DNA of 64,000 nt from Dehalococcoidia bacterium (GTDB lineage: Bacteria > Chloroflexota > Dehalococcoidia > Lucifugimonadales > UBA3495), in contig OY730415.1 in NCBI GenBank assembly GCA_963422635.1, positions 433,231-497,230 of the forward strand, in the 5' to 3' direction. Below are positions 47,205 to 57,104 of the stretch, piece by piece; the first letter of the stretch is position 1, and the number at the start of each line of letters is the position of its first letter. The notes beneath the pieces were generated by a model. The model was not told where the DNA came from. It saw only the letters and a program-made list of their open reading frames with translations, and made no database searches. A program made the translations under genes and the position numbers.

Positions 47205-48002
47205 ATGGAACTGGGTTTTACCGATAAAGTAGCCATTATTACCGGCGGCAGCGAGGGCATCGGCAAGGCCGCCGCCCAGCGGATGGCCGCAGAGGGCGCC
47301 CGGGTAGTCATCGTAGCCCGCCGCCAGGAGGCGCTGGAGCAGGCGGCCCAGGACATCCGCGCCGCCACCGAAGGATCGGTATTGCCGGTAGCCGCCGACG
47401 TATCTCACCCCGACACCGCCGATCAAGTGGTACAGGCTGCTCTGGAAAACTTTGGTCGGGTGGACATTCTAGTCAACAACGCCGGCGTGTCGATGGCTAA
47501 ACCCTTTGAGGAGGTCAGCGACGCCGATTGGGAGTATGACTTTGACCTGAAGGTTTGGGGGGCGATCCGCCTCATCCGCCGAGCCATACCAGAAATGCGC
47601 CAAGCGGGCGGCGGGCGTATCATCAACGTTACCAACCTCGGCGGCCGCACCCCCGGCCCGTCATCAATGCCCACTTCCATCTCCCGGGCCACCGGCATCG
47701 CCCTGACCAAGGGCCTCTCCAAAGACTTGGCGGCAGATAACATCCTGGTCAACACCGTCTGCATCGGCATCGTCAAAAGCGCGCAGCACACCCGCCGCTA
47801 CGACCGGCTGAAGGAGTCGAACCCCGGTCTAACTCTGGACGAGTTCTACGCTCAAACGGCTCAGGCCCGGGGCGTTCCTCTAGGGCGCATCGCCGAAACG
47901 GAAGAGGCCGGCGACGTAATCGCCTTCCTGGCCTCGGAACGGGCCAGCTACCTGACCGGCATCGCCGTCAACATCGACGGAGGAACCTCGGCGGTGGTGT
48001 AG
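47205..48002 (+). CDS. short-chain dehydrogenase/reductase (SDR)
   Basis: ATG 47205 after AGGAG. KVAIITGGSEGIGKAAA and NNAGV. Confidence 0.85.
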   Translation: MELGFTDKVAIITGGSEGIGKAAAQRMAAEGARVVIVARRQEALEQAAQDIRAATEGSVLPVAADVSHPDTADQVVQAALENFGRVDILVNNAGVSMAKPFEEVSDADWEYDFDLKVWGAIRLIRRAIPEMRQAGGGRIINVTNLGGRTPGPSSMPTSISRATGIALTKGLSKDLAADNILVNTVCIGIVKSAQHTRRYDRLKESNPGLTLDEFYAQTAQARGVPLGRIAETEEAGDVIAFLASERASYLTGIAVNIDGGTSAVV

Positions 48003-48022
48003 GGAATCTTATCTGGGCCTAT

Positions 48023-49060
48023 TTATGGCGAGCTTACTTGCAAGAATTCGTAATCCTCATTTGTAAAAAGGCTGGCAGGGATTTCCGCCAGCCTTTTCCT
48101 AGTTGCCGCTATTGCTGCCTCCGACTGGTCGATGCCGATCCAAGAGCGATTCATATCTTGCGCAGCCAACAGCGTTGTGCCGGAACCGCAAAAGCAGTCC
48201 AGCGCCAAATCCCCGGCATTGGAAGAAGTTTCAACAATGAATTTCAGCAAGTTCAGGCTTTTCTGCGTGGGATAGACGGGGTAGGGAGGATCCTTGAACT
48301 CCCAAATATCTTGCATCCGCTTGGTCGTCCTTTCATCGGCAAATATCTTTTTGCGGGGGACGCCGTTAGCCGAGCACTCAATCAACCCTTGCCGCTCCAA
48401 ATCCTCCAAGACTTCCGGCTCACTGCGCCAATGACGGCCCCGGGGCGGCAACATTCCCCGCCAAGGCTTGCCGGTGTTGCCTTTGACCGTTTCGCCAGGG
48501 GCGTGCAAAGGCACGGTAGTGTAGCGACGGCCGGCCGAGTCAGTTTTATGGAATAGCCGCTTCTGGTCCGCTGCGGAAACCGGAACCTGCGGGTCGTTCC
48601 AGATAAAATTGTTCGACTTGGAGTAAAAAAGTATCAGGTCTTTGATATTCCCATAGCCCTTGCGGGAGAAGTTCTTGGGATTGCACTTGATACGGGTGAT
48701 GTCGTTCCGAAAGTTCTGCTGACCGAAAACCTCATCCAGCAGAACTTTCACGTAATGACCGATTTTATAGTCGATGTGCAGGTAGATGGAACCATGGTCG
48801 GCCAGCAACTCCCTAAGCAGAACCAGTCGCTCTCGCAGAAAGTCCAGAAAAGCATCGCCCACCAGCTTGTCGCTGTAGGCCAGAGCATCGCCGTTGCTGC
48901 TACTGACCGTTCCAGTTCGCTCCACGCCCACGCGAAACTCGCCGTTGGTGGCGAAGGGCGGGTCAATGTAAATCAAGTCCACCCGGCCCCGGTACTCATC
49001 CAACAGGGAGCGGAGAACCGGGAGATTGTCGCCCAAAATCAGCTTGTTCATTGAAGTCAT
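48023..49060 (-). CDS. beta-class N6-adenine-type DNA methyltransferase (DPPF), R-M system 1
   Basis: DLIYIDPPFATN (motif IV), NFRNDI, YPTQKSLNLLKFIV and LDCFCGSGTT (motif I). ATGA overlap with the upstream gene. Low GC. Confidence 0.85.
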   Translation of the reverse strand: MTSMNKLILGDNLPVLRSLLDEYRGRVDLIYIDPPFATNGEFRVGVERTGTVSSSNGDALAYSDKLVGDAFLDFLRERLVLLRELLADHGSIYLHIDYKIGHYVKVLLDEVFGQQNFRNDITRIKCNPKNFSRKGYGNIKDLILFYSKSNNFIWNDPQVPVSAADQKRLFHKTDSAGRRYTTVPLHAPGETVKGNTGKPWRGMLPPRGRHWRSEPEVLEDLERQGLIECSANGVPRKKIFADERTTKRMQDIWEFKDPPYPVYPTQKSLNLLKFIVETSSNAGDLALDCFCGSGTTLLAAQDMNRSWIGIDQSEAAIAATRKRLAEIPASLFTNEDYEFLQVSSP

Positions 49061-49941
49061 AGTTGATATAAAAACTCCCGGAGGACCAAGCTGCTCATAA
49101 TGTTCTTGTCCTGCAAGTCAGTGGTTATTGCTGTGTGCATTCTGCCTTTGCTCTTGATATACAATACGCCGTCGAGGATAGCTACCGGAGTCGCTTTAAG
49201 TCCGCTCAATTGTAGTGGCGCTACGCCGTCATTGAACTGGGCATTTTGATGACCGCCAAAGTCAGTGAGGAACTTAGTTTCTCCGATGACGTATTTGCCG
49301 TTGAAACGAGCTATCAGGTCAAGGCCCTTATTCAGGCTATAATTGAGACGTTTTTCAGCATACTCTTTCATCTCGGCGTCGCCGGCATCCAGAACGGCAT
49401 TCTCGTTGGTTTGAATAAACTTGTCCAGCTTGACCGGTTTCACCCCCAAGGCTTTGCGGTTGAGCCACCGGCGAAAGAGAGGGCCAATTTGACGATTTGT
49501 CTCCTTCGGCTCGGAGGAGAGCGCGTAGATTTTATCCAGGCCCATCTCGTAGAGGCGTCCGCAAAGGCGAGCTACGGTGGCCGGGTTGCGCTCAATAGCT
49601 CCGGCATCCCTTCTCAAATACGCCACGTAGGAATCTTTTATCGGGAAAAACTCAAGTTTTAGCAAGCTCTTGATTCCAATGTTATCCTTATCGTCAAAAG
49701 CCTGCTCAACCCTTTTCCAGGTTTCGGCGTTTATATCCCGGATGTCTTCGGGGATAGTAGGATACACCCGGAAAAGATTATCCAAGTAGTTACGCTGGTT
49801 GGCGTATTCTATGCTTAACTCAAGCCAACGGTTCAAAACCTTCCGCCTCCCGGTGAAATATAACCAACCATCGGCATAAACCGCAAGGCGATACTGGCCT
49901 GGAAATTGCAGACTGGTTTTGCATTTCCCCCCGATTATCAT
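49057..49941 (-). CDS. putative type II restriction endonuclease, R-M system 1
   Basis: Translationally coupled upstream of the MTase. Candidate PD-(D/E)xK core GLDLIARFNGKYVIGETKF. Low GC. Specificity family not recognised. Confidence 0.55.
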   Translation of the reverse strand: MIIGGKCKTSLQFPGQYRLAVYADGWLYFTGRRKVLNRWLELSIEYANQRNYLDNLFRVYPTIPEDIRDINAETWKRVEQAFDDKDNIGIKSLLKLEFFPIKDSYVAYLRRDAGAIERNPATVARLCGRLYEMGLDKIYALSSEPKETNRQIGPLFRRWLNRKALGVKPVKLDKFIQTNENAVLDAGDAEMKEYAEKRLNYSLNKGLDLIARFNGKYVIGETKFLTDFGGHQNAQFNDGVAPLQLSGLKATPVAILDGVLYIKSKGRMHTAITTDLQDKNIMSSLVLREFLYQL

Positions 49942-49995
49942 TAAAATTAGCTTCCAACCTCACCCTACTATCACCCTATCCGCAGGAGTTCCAGT

Positions 49996-51210
49996 TTGAC
50001 TGCTGACCCTACTTATCTCGACGAGTTCAACCCTCCGCAGCGCATTCTTCTCGGCCCAGGCCCTAGCTCGGTTAACCCCCGGGTGCTTCAGGCCATGACT
50101 CTGCCCATCCTGGGCCACTTGGACCCCCGGTTTTTCCGGGTGATGGACGACGTTTGCGAGATGCTGAGGCTAGTTTACCGCACCGAAAACCCGATGACCG
50201 TCCCTCTATCCTCCACCGGCACCGGGGCTATGGAGGCGGCCTGCGCCAACATCCTGGAGCCGGGCGACCGGATAATCGTCTGCCGCAACGGCTTTTTTGG
50301 CGACCGCTTGGCCGACATCGCCGCGCGCTGCGGCGCCGAAACCTTCGTTCTTGACTTTGCCTGGGGCGCCCCGGTGGACCTTCAGGTTTTGGCCGATGCT
50401 CTGGAACAGCGTAGCCCGGTCAAGGCCGTAGGCTTAGTTCACGCCGAAACTTCCACCGGCGTGTTGACCCCGCTGCCCGAAATCGTGAACCTGGCCCATC
50501 GCCATAACGCCTTGGTAATCGTGGATGCGGTTACTTCCCTGGGCGGCCACGAGCTGCGAATGGATGAGTGGGACCTGGATGTGTGCTATAGCGGCACGCA
50601 AAAATGCTTGGGCGCGCCGCCGGGGTTGGCGCCCATCAGCTTCGGCCCCCGGGCGAGGCAAGTAATCGGTAACCGGGCCAGCCAAGTGCAAAGTTTCTAC
50701 TTCAACCTGAAAGACCTGGAGAGCTACTGGAACCAGACCCGCGCCTATCACCACACCACGCCCATATCAATGACCTACGCCCTGCGAGAGGCGTTGCGGA
50801 TGCTGCTGGAAGAGGGTATAGAAAATCGTATCCGCCGCCATGCTCGGGTAGCGGCGGCGCTGCGGGCTGGCCTGACGGCCATGGGCCTCGGCCTGATGGC
50901 AGCGACCGGCTATCGCCTGAACCCCTTGACCACGGCCCTGATTCCCGAGGGCATTGAGGACGCGACGGTGCGGCAGCGACTGCTGGCGGACTACAACATC
51001 GAGATTGGCGGCGGCCTGGGCCAGGTTCGGGGCAAGGCTTGGCGGATTGGGCTGATGGGCGAGTCGGCCAAAGAAACCAACGTCTTCGCCCTGCTGTCGG
51101 CCCTGGAGCAAATCCTGCCCGACCTGGGCTACGAGGTAGCCGCTGGCGCCAGCCTCTCCGCCGCCCAAAGAGCGTTGCTCGACTATGACGACGGCGGGGC
51201 CCTGCCATAA
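49996..51210 (+). CDS. class V aminotransferase, alanine-glyoxylate/serine-pyruvate type
   Basis: LLGPGPSSVNPRVLQAM and the PLP lysine context YSGTQKCLG. 404 aa. Confidence 0.85.
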   Translation: MTADPTYLDEFNPPQRILLGPGPSSVNPRVLQAMTLPILGHLDPRFFRVMDDVCEMLRLVYRTENPMTVPLSSTGTGAMEAACANILEPGDRIIVCRNGFFGDRLADIAARCGAETFVLDFAWGAPVDLQVLADALEQRSPVKAVGLVHAETSTGVLTPLPEIVNLAHRHNALVIVDAVTSLGGHELRMDEWDLDVCYSGTQKCLGAPPGLAPISFGPRARQVIGNRASQVQSFYFNLKDLESYWNQTRAYHHTTPISMTYALREALRMLLEEGIENRIRRHARVAAALRAGLTAMGLGLMAATGYRLNPLTTALIPEGIEDATVRQRLLADYNIEIGGGLGQVRGKAWRIGLMGESAKETNVFALLSALEQILPDLGYEVAAGASLSAAQRALLDYDDGGALP

Positions 51211-51255
51211 ACTATAGTACATGGGGCCCCTATATTTCTTGGATGAGGTTTAGAA

Positions 51256-51570
51256 ATGGTTACAGCGGAAAGCAGCGATAAGCCAATGAAGGATTTCATG
51301 TCCAAGTTTATGTGGAAGAACCGGGACGTATCGGAGGAGTCATTGGCGCAAAGTGAGCGAATTTTCCAACAGACCTGCGCTCAATTAGTGGACTCGCTGG
51401 GGGAAAGACCCTTTCATATCCGCTCCGGCTTGAACGCGGCGGTATCTGATTCGGTGATGGTAGCTTTCTCGCAAAATCTTGACCAAGTTCCAGCTGATAT
51501 TAAGAGCCGATACAAACAACTTCTGGATGACGAAGGATTCCAAAACAGCATCAGCAAGAGGACAACATAG
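51256..51570 (+). CDS. hypothetical; possibly an orphan C-terminal fragment of a DUF262/GmrSD-type protein
   Basis: RPFHIRSGLNAAVSDSVMVAF recalls the C-terminal region of DUF262 proteins (from memory). A protein-like continuation runs in another frame to 51688. Low GC. Confidence 0.3.
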   Translation: MVTAESSDKPMKDFMSKFMWKNRDVSEESLAQSERIFQQTCAQLVDSLGERPFHIRSGLNAAVSDSVMVAFSQNLDQVPADIKSRYKQLLDDEGFQNSISKRTT

Positions 51571-51690
51571 GGCCGGGCCGAGCGTTACATTTACAGAAAT
51601 CAAGAGTTTCTACGAGGAAGGCCGCATCATCCTGGATTTCTTTCGGGAAACTCTGCTATCTATTGATGATAAACGTCTGCCCGACTAACC

Positions 51691-53133
51691 TTACCCCTCC
51701 GCCCGATACGCCTCATCCAGCAAGTCCACCACGTGGGCCACTTTTAGGCTACTGGCGGCGGGGCCGCCGCGCCCCGCCAGCCCCTGCTCCAGTTGCAGCA
51801 TACAGCCCGGATTGGCGGTTACTACCTGGTCGGCTCCAACGTTGTTAACGTTATCCAGCTTGGCCGCCAGTATCTTGCCGGACAATTCCGGCTGCGTCAT
51901 TGCGTAGTAGCCCGCCCCGCCACAGCACATTGTTGAGTTTTCCATCTCCACCAGTTCCAGGCCGGGGATGGACTGCAGCAGGGCGCGGGGCTGGCGGGTA
52001 ATGCGCTGGGCGTGGGCCAAGTGGCACGGGTCCTGATACGTTACCCGACGTTGCACCACGCCCCGGGGCGGTTCTAAAGGCAAGTCGGCCAGAAACTCGG
52101 TGATATCGGCCGTCAACTCGCCAAACCGCCGGGCCGGTTCCGCATATTCAGGATCATGTTTCAGCAACTCCCCATACTCCTTCATATTGGAACCGCAGCC
52201 GGCCGAGGCGGTCAATATCCGAAACCCGGGCCTTCCCGCTCCGACGGCCAAGAAAATATCGATGTTGCGGCGAGCCAACCGGCGGGCCGTCTCCAGGTCG
52301 CCGGCGTGCAGGTTCAAGGCGCCGCAGCAGACCTGACCGGGAGGAACCGCCACATTGCAACCGTTCCGAGTCAACACCCGCACCGCCGCCCGCATAGTTT
52401 CCCCCTGCATCAAGGGCATCACACAGCCGGATAGCAGCCCAACGGTAAGAGCGGGTTCGGAAGAGCCTGGTTCATCATTTTGCCGGGACATCAGACCGTA
52501 TGAGGCCGCATAAACCTGCCGGCGGGGACCAAAGAAAGGGCCTTTTAGTTCCGGCAGCTGCGCTTCCAGTCCAGCCAGGGCTGCGGGCAGCAGCTTGAGG
52601 CGGCCGGCCACTCTTACCAGTTTACGAAGTCCGCAGCATTGGTATAACCGCAGCATCCGGGCGCCGAAACGCAGCCGCCGGGGGTGGGGCAAGGCGGCCC
52701 GCAGAAACAGCCGGTCAATGCGCTTCAGGCTGCTTCCTTGCTTATCTTGGGCCAGCGCCTGGGCGCGGGAATATTCCATTATCCGCCCGTAGGGTACACC
52801 GGAGGGGCAGACCGCCTCGCAGGCCCGACACTGGAGGCACATTTCCCAATGAGATACTATGCGACTGCTGATGCCCACCCGCCCCTCGTGGACGGCTTTC
52901 ATCAGGGCGATGCGGCCCCGGGGCGATTCGGTTTCTACCCGCAGGGTCGAGTAGGTGGGGCAAGAACTGAGGCACAGGCCGCAGTGGACGCAACGGTACA
53001 GGTCGGCCTCGGATGGCGCGTCCACGCCGCGAAAGCCCGGCTCCCGGTTCAGCCGCTCCGCCAACTCGTCCGGCGACGAATCAAAAGGGTTGCGGCCCGG
53101 CCCGACCGAGACAGAAGTTTCAGCGTCGGCCAT
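51691..53133 (-). CDS. glcF: glycolate oxidase iron-sulfur subunit
   Basis: CVHCGLCLSSCPTY and CLQCRACEAVCPSGV ferredoxin motifs, plus two CCG-type domains. Confidence 0.85.
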   Translation of the reverse strand: MADAETSVSVGPGRNPFDSSPDELAERLNREPGFRGVDAPSEADLYRCVHCGLCLSSCPTYSTLRVETESPRGRIALMKAVHEGRVGISSRIVSHWEMCLQCRACEAVCPSGVPYGRIMEYSRAQALAQDKQGSSLKRIDRLFLRAALPHPRRLRFGARMLRLYQCCGLRKLVRVAGRLKLLPAALAGLEAQLPELKGPFFGPRRQVYAASYGLMSRQNDEPGSSEPALTVGLLSGCVMPLMQGETMRAAVRVLTRNGCNVAVPPGQVCCGALNLHAGDLETARRLARRNIDIFLAVGAGRPGFRILTASAGCGSNMKEYGELLKHDPEYAEPARRFGELTADITEFLADLPLEPPRGVVQRRVTYQDPCHLAHAQRITRQPRALLQSIPGLELVEMENSTMCCGGAGYYAMTQPELSGKILAAKLDNVNNVGADQVVTANPGCMLQLEQGLAGRGGPAASSLKVAHVVDLLDEAYRAEG

Positions 53134-53143
53134 ACATACTCCC

Positions 53144-54574
53144 CTACAACTTCCCCATGAAGCGGCCCGGGTTCAGCGTGCCGGCCGGGTCAAAGTTTTG
53201 CTTGATGCGGCGCATAATCTCTAACTCATACTCCGACTCCGTTGCCGGGCTGCCCCAAACGTCAATCTGGGCCTTTACCGCCGGCGGGCACTGTTCCACC
53301 ACCACCGTACCGCCCCAAGACCGGGCCGCTTCCCGCAGCCGTTCTATTTCGGCCAGGATGCCAGATGTGGCGGCGGCCGGTTCCTGTCCAACGTTAACAG
53401 CGGCCGGGTTTTCTTTTTCCGGCCAGCGGAACAACTGAACCACACCAAACCCCGGGTCAGCGACTAAGCCCAAGTTACCCTCCGACCCATCCCCAAAACC
53501 GGCGGTTCGCTCCTGCCGCATTACCTCTAAAAAAGCGGCCATCTTGCCTACCGCCGTGGGAGGCAGATGCACTTTCAACCCCAAGGTAGGGAGGGTATCG
53601 GCGCCCCAGCCCAGATCAGTAAGCCGACGGAGCAGTGCGGGGGTCGCCGCCGGGGCCTCATCCATCGAGTCGAATACCTCAACCCCGATGGCGCCAGCTT
53701 GCCGTAGCCGCCGGGTTGATTCCTCTAAGCGGCGCCCCACGGCGCGGGGGCGTCCGGCAAAGAAAGCGAGAACCCAAGCCCCGGCCATCCGGGATAGTTC
53801 GGCTTCGTTGGCTATCAAGTTCAGCCGCCGAGCCACCGAGCCATTGACCACATGCAGTCCTTGGGGAGCGTACACCTCGGATACTAGAGAGCGTCCGGCT
53901 TCGATACCGGCCGGCACCGAAGAGAAGGGAGCTACCAACGCGGCCCAATGCTCCGGGAGCGGAGCCAGCTTGAAAGTTGCCTCCACAATGACGCCCAGAG
54001 TTCCCAGAGAGCCGGTATATAGCTTGTTCAGGTCATAGCCGGTAACGTTCTTTACCACCTTGCCTCCGGCTTTAGTTTCCACCCCGTCGGCGCTGACCAC
54101 GCTAATACCGATCAGCCAGTCCCGCGGCAACCCATAAGAATAGCGCAGCGGCCCGCTGGCATTGGCGGCCAGAATACCCCCCAAGGTGGCTTGGTCGGCC
54201 AAGGGCGCTTCCAAGGGCAAAAATTTGCCGCCCCGGGCCAATTCCCCTTGCAGCCTTTGCAGCGTAACCCCGGCTTCCCCGGTGGCCGTCAAGTCGGCGG
54301 GCTGATAGTCCAGCACCCGATTATACCGACTCAAGTCCATGACCACATCCACCCGCGCCGGCCGGTTGCCCAAGCTGGTCAGAACGCCGCCGCCCCGGGG
54401 CAGTACGGAGACTTGCCGCGCGGCGGCCCACCGTAACAGTTGAGCGATGCTTTGTCGGTCGGCAGGCCGAACCGCAGCTTGGGGAACAACCCCATCAACG
54501 GAGTATCCTTCCGGCGGCAGAACGACCTCCGCCCCCAGCAAGTCGGCCAGTTGTTGAGCCAAGGAGGTAGGCAA
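53144..54574 (-). CDS. glcE: glycolate oxidase FAD-binding subunit
   Basis: FAD-binding PCMH-type region VSVLPRGGG...GGILAANASGP. Start uncertain: TTG 54574 after GGGAGA was chosen. The upstream part of the track ORF is not GlcE-like. Confidence 0.75.
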   Translation of the reverse strand: MPTSLAQQLADLLGAEVVLPPEGYSVDGVVPQAAVRPADRQSIAQLLRWAAARQVSVLPRGGGVLTSLGNRPARVDVVMDLSRYNRVLDYQPADLTATGEAGVTLQRLQGELARGGKFLPLEAPLADQATLGGILAANASGPLRYSYGLPRDWLIGISVVSADGVETKAGGKVVKNVTGYDLNKLYTGSLGTLGVIVEATFKLAPLPEHWAALVAPFSSVPAGIEAGRSLVSEVYAPQGLHVVNGSVARRLNLIANEAELSRMAGAWVLAFFAGRPRAVGRRLEESTRRLRQAGAIGVEVFDSMDEAPAATPALLRRLTDLGWGADTLPTLGLKVHLPPTAVGKMAAFLEVMRQERTAGFGDGSEGNLGLVADPGFGVVQLFRWPEKENPAAVNVGQEPAAATSGILAEIERLREAARSWGGTVVVEQCPPAVKAQIDVWGSPATESEYELEIMRRIKQNFDPAGTLNPGRFMGKL

Positions 54575-54593
54575 CAGGTTATCTCCCGGACGG

Positions 54594-54979
54594 CTAGACT
54601 TCGGAAGCGCGCCGGACAAGGGACTCGCGCCAACCCTCGAGCACCCCCCCAATACGAGCCATCTGCTTGTCAATGCCGTGCATATGCCATTCCACCGCCC
54701 GGATACGATTGTCTTGGGAGTCCAGCCGCTTCTCAACCCGGCCCATCCGATCAACCAAGCGCATTTCCCGGGCGTCTATCCGCTTCTTATTCAGGCTCTT
54801 CCGCTGGCCTTTATACACTGCCCCAACCGCTTTGCCGGGGCGTCCGTGCGCTCCTTACTGCGGGCATCCACGCGTTCCTCGAAGCGCGTTATCTGGTTGT
54901 TCAACAAAGTGAACCCAACCAACGCTACTGCGACTATACTGACGCCCCCTCTGAATAATGGCGTAACTTCCGGACTCAT
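54594..54979 (-). pseudogene. small membrane-anchored coiled-coil ORF between glcD and glcE, split over two frames
   Basis: N-part MSPEVTPLFRGGVSIVAVALVGFTLLNNQITRFEERVDARSKE (54979..). C-part KRIDAREMRLVDRMGRVEKRLDSQDNRIRAVEWHMHGIDKQM (..54594) is in another frame, and the two overlap at 54791-54818. Confidence 0.3.
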
Positions 54980-55046
54980 AACCTTCTTTGCCTTAATTCA
55001 CCCATGCCGGTATATGATACTCCCTATTTGCCCGGTTGTATGCCCC

Positions 55047-56486
55047 CTAAATATACATCTCCGGGTCGGCCTGCCGGGGCGTGGTCTGAGGAACCGGCTG
55101 ATAGTCGGCGCCGTCGGGGAAGATTTTGCCCGGGTTCAGTCGGTTAGCCGGAGCAAAGGCGTCTCGTACCAACCGCATAGCCGCCAGATCCTCATCGGTG
55201 AAGACCAAAGGCATAAACTGCTTCTTTTCCAGGCCGATACCGTGCTCGCCGCTCAGAGCGCCGCCTACCGCCACGCAGTATTCCATCAGCTCCGATGCTC
55301 CGGCCATCGCCTTTTCCACCACTCCCGGCTCCCGTCCATCGAAGAGCATACACGGGTGCAGGTTGCCGTCGCCGGCGTGGAAAACGTTGGCGATGGTGAT
55401 GCCATATTTTTCGCTAACCTCGGAGACCTTGCGCAGCACCTGGGTCAAACGAGTGCGGGGCACCACTCCGTCCACCAGGTAATAGTTGGGCGCAATGGCG
55501 CCAAAGGCGCCGAAAGCCGTTTTCCGGCCCAGCCACAGCCGTTCCCGCTCAGCATCCTCCTCCGCTACCCGCACCTCGCCGGCCCCGGTTTCCCACAAGG
55601 CCGACTCCACCTCCCGACTCACCTCGTCCACCTCTTCCTTCAGCCCTTCCAGTTCGATGAGCAGCACCGCTCCGGCGTCCTCCGGGTAGCCGGCATCGGT
55701 TACTTGCTGCACGGCGCGGATGCTCAGGGCGTCAATCATTTCCAGCGCCGCCGGGACAATACCGTGGCCGATGACCGCCGACACGGCGCTGCAGGCCGAT
55801 TCTATGTCGGGGAAAATCCCCAAGAAGGTTTTGACCGCTTCCGGCAGGGGGAGTAACCGCACCGTGATTTTGGTAGCGACGCCGAAGGTCCCTTCGGAGC
55901 CGACGAACACGCCCCGCAGGTCATAGCCAGGAACCTCCCGGGCCAAGCCGCCCAAGTTGACTATAGCGCCATCCTCCAGCGCCACCTCCAGCGCCAAAAC
56001 ATGGTTGGTGGTGGCGCCATAGGCCAGACAGTGAGGGCCGCCGGCGTTCTCGGCGATGTTGCCGCCCAGACTGCACGCCTTCTGACTGGACGGGTCAGGG
56101 GCGTAGCGCATACCGAACTTGCGGACGTGATTATCCAGGTCCAGGTTAATCACCCCCGGCTCAATGGTGGCGGTGCGATTCTCCACATCTACGTCCAGGA
56201 TGCGATTCATCCGGGTAAAGGCGATTTGGATGCCTCCCGGCGGGGCCAGGGCGCCCCCGCTCAGACCAGTGCCAGCGCCGCGCCCCACCACCGGCACGCC
56301 CTCCGCATAGGCCAGGGCCAGCGTCCGGCTTACCTCCTGGGCCGAGGCGGGCAATACCACCGCCCGGGGCATCGAGCGGTCAACGGAGCCGTCATACTCA
56401 TAAACCAGCAAGTCTTCCGGGTGAGATATGACGCAATCCGCCCCCACAATGGCTTGGAGCCGTTCAATAAACTCTTTCTGTTGCAC
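55047..56486 (-). CDS. glcD: glycolate oxidase subunit GlcD (FAD-linked oxidase)
   Basis: VVLPASAQEVSRTLALAYAEGVPVVGRGAGTGLSGGA and C-terminal GEHGIGLEK. Confidence 0.9.
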   Translation of the reverse strand: MQQKEFIERLQAIVGADCVISHPEDLLVYEYDGSVDRSMPRAVVLPASAQEVSRTLALAYAEGVPVVGRGAGTGLSGGALAPPGGIQIAFTRMNRILDVDVENRTATIEPGVINLDLDNHVRKFGMRYAPDPSSQKACSLGGNIAENAGGPHCLAYGATTNHVLALEVALEDGAIVNLGGLAREVPGYDLRGVFVGSEGTFGVATKITVRLLPLPEAVKTFLGIFPDIESACSAVSAVIGHGIVPAALEMIDALSIRAVQQVTDAGYPEDAGAVLLIELEGLKEEVDEVSREVESALWETGAGEVRVAEEDAERERLWLGRKTAFGAFGAIAPNYYLVDGVVPRTRLTQVLRKVSEVSEKYGITIANVFHAGDGNLHPCMLFDGREPGVVEKAMAGASELMEYCVAVGGALSGEHGIGLEKKQFMPLVFTDEDLAAMRLVRDAFAPANRLNPGKIFPDGADYQPVPQTTPRQADPEMYI

Positions 56487-56811
56487 GTTGGGCCTCTATG
56501 TCGATTGGTATCAAGAGTAGGGGGTAAACCAACTCTCATCCCGTTAGCTGTCAATGCGGATGATAGAGTAAACCAGCCCCGGTAGCAAGGATGCAGTTGA
56601 GCGCTGCTTAATCGGGTTAATACTACAAACTACAAGAAGCGAGAATTACAGTGGCCGCTGCAACTAACCGGTAATGATCGAAGCCAATGCCCGCAACACA
56701 GGAATGAGCGGCGGCAAGCCTTATCCCTCCGCTTGGCCCACGCTTGTTGTTGCATCAAGCGAACCCAGCAGGGGCCGACTGCCGGCATAGTCGCCCGGCT
56801 CTCCGGATACG

Positions 56812-57087
56812 TTACTGAACCGCGTCGAGGTTCGTAAAGATGCTCCTCGACCAAATTTCGCCCAAGCCGGGGGTGTACTGGCCGGTGCGAATACTGACGA
56901 TGTCGTAGTCCGGGAGCGGAATGGTCGTCCTACAACTCCCGTCAATGCGCTCGGCCCTGCCGTACTCGCCAAAGACAAAACCATAGTTGTCGAAACCGTA
57001 CTGTCGGCGACCGCTGGGCAGGTCTTTCGCATCGGCCGGGACGATGTGCAGAAAGAACTTCTCCGCGGTGTCGGCCGGGGCGCATAT
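56812..57087 (-). pseudogene. hypothetical ORF whose SD+ATG is 1 nt out of frame with the protein-like reading frame
   Basis: AAGGAGAT-ATG at 57085 opens an Arg-rich nonsense frame. The adjacent frame reads APADTAEKFFLHIVPADAKDLPSGRRQYGFDNYGFVFGEYGRAERIDGS... to TAA at 56812. Confidence 0.3.
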
Positions 57088-57104
57088 CTCCTTGAAGTAA
57101 TTAG

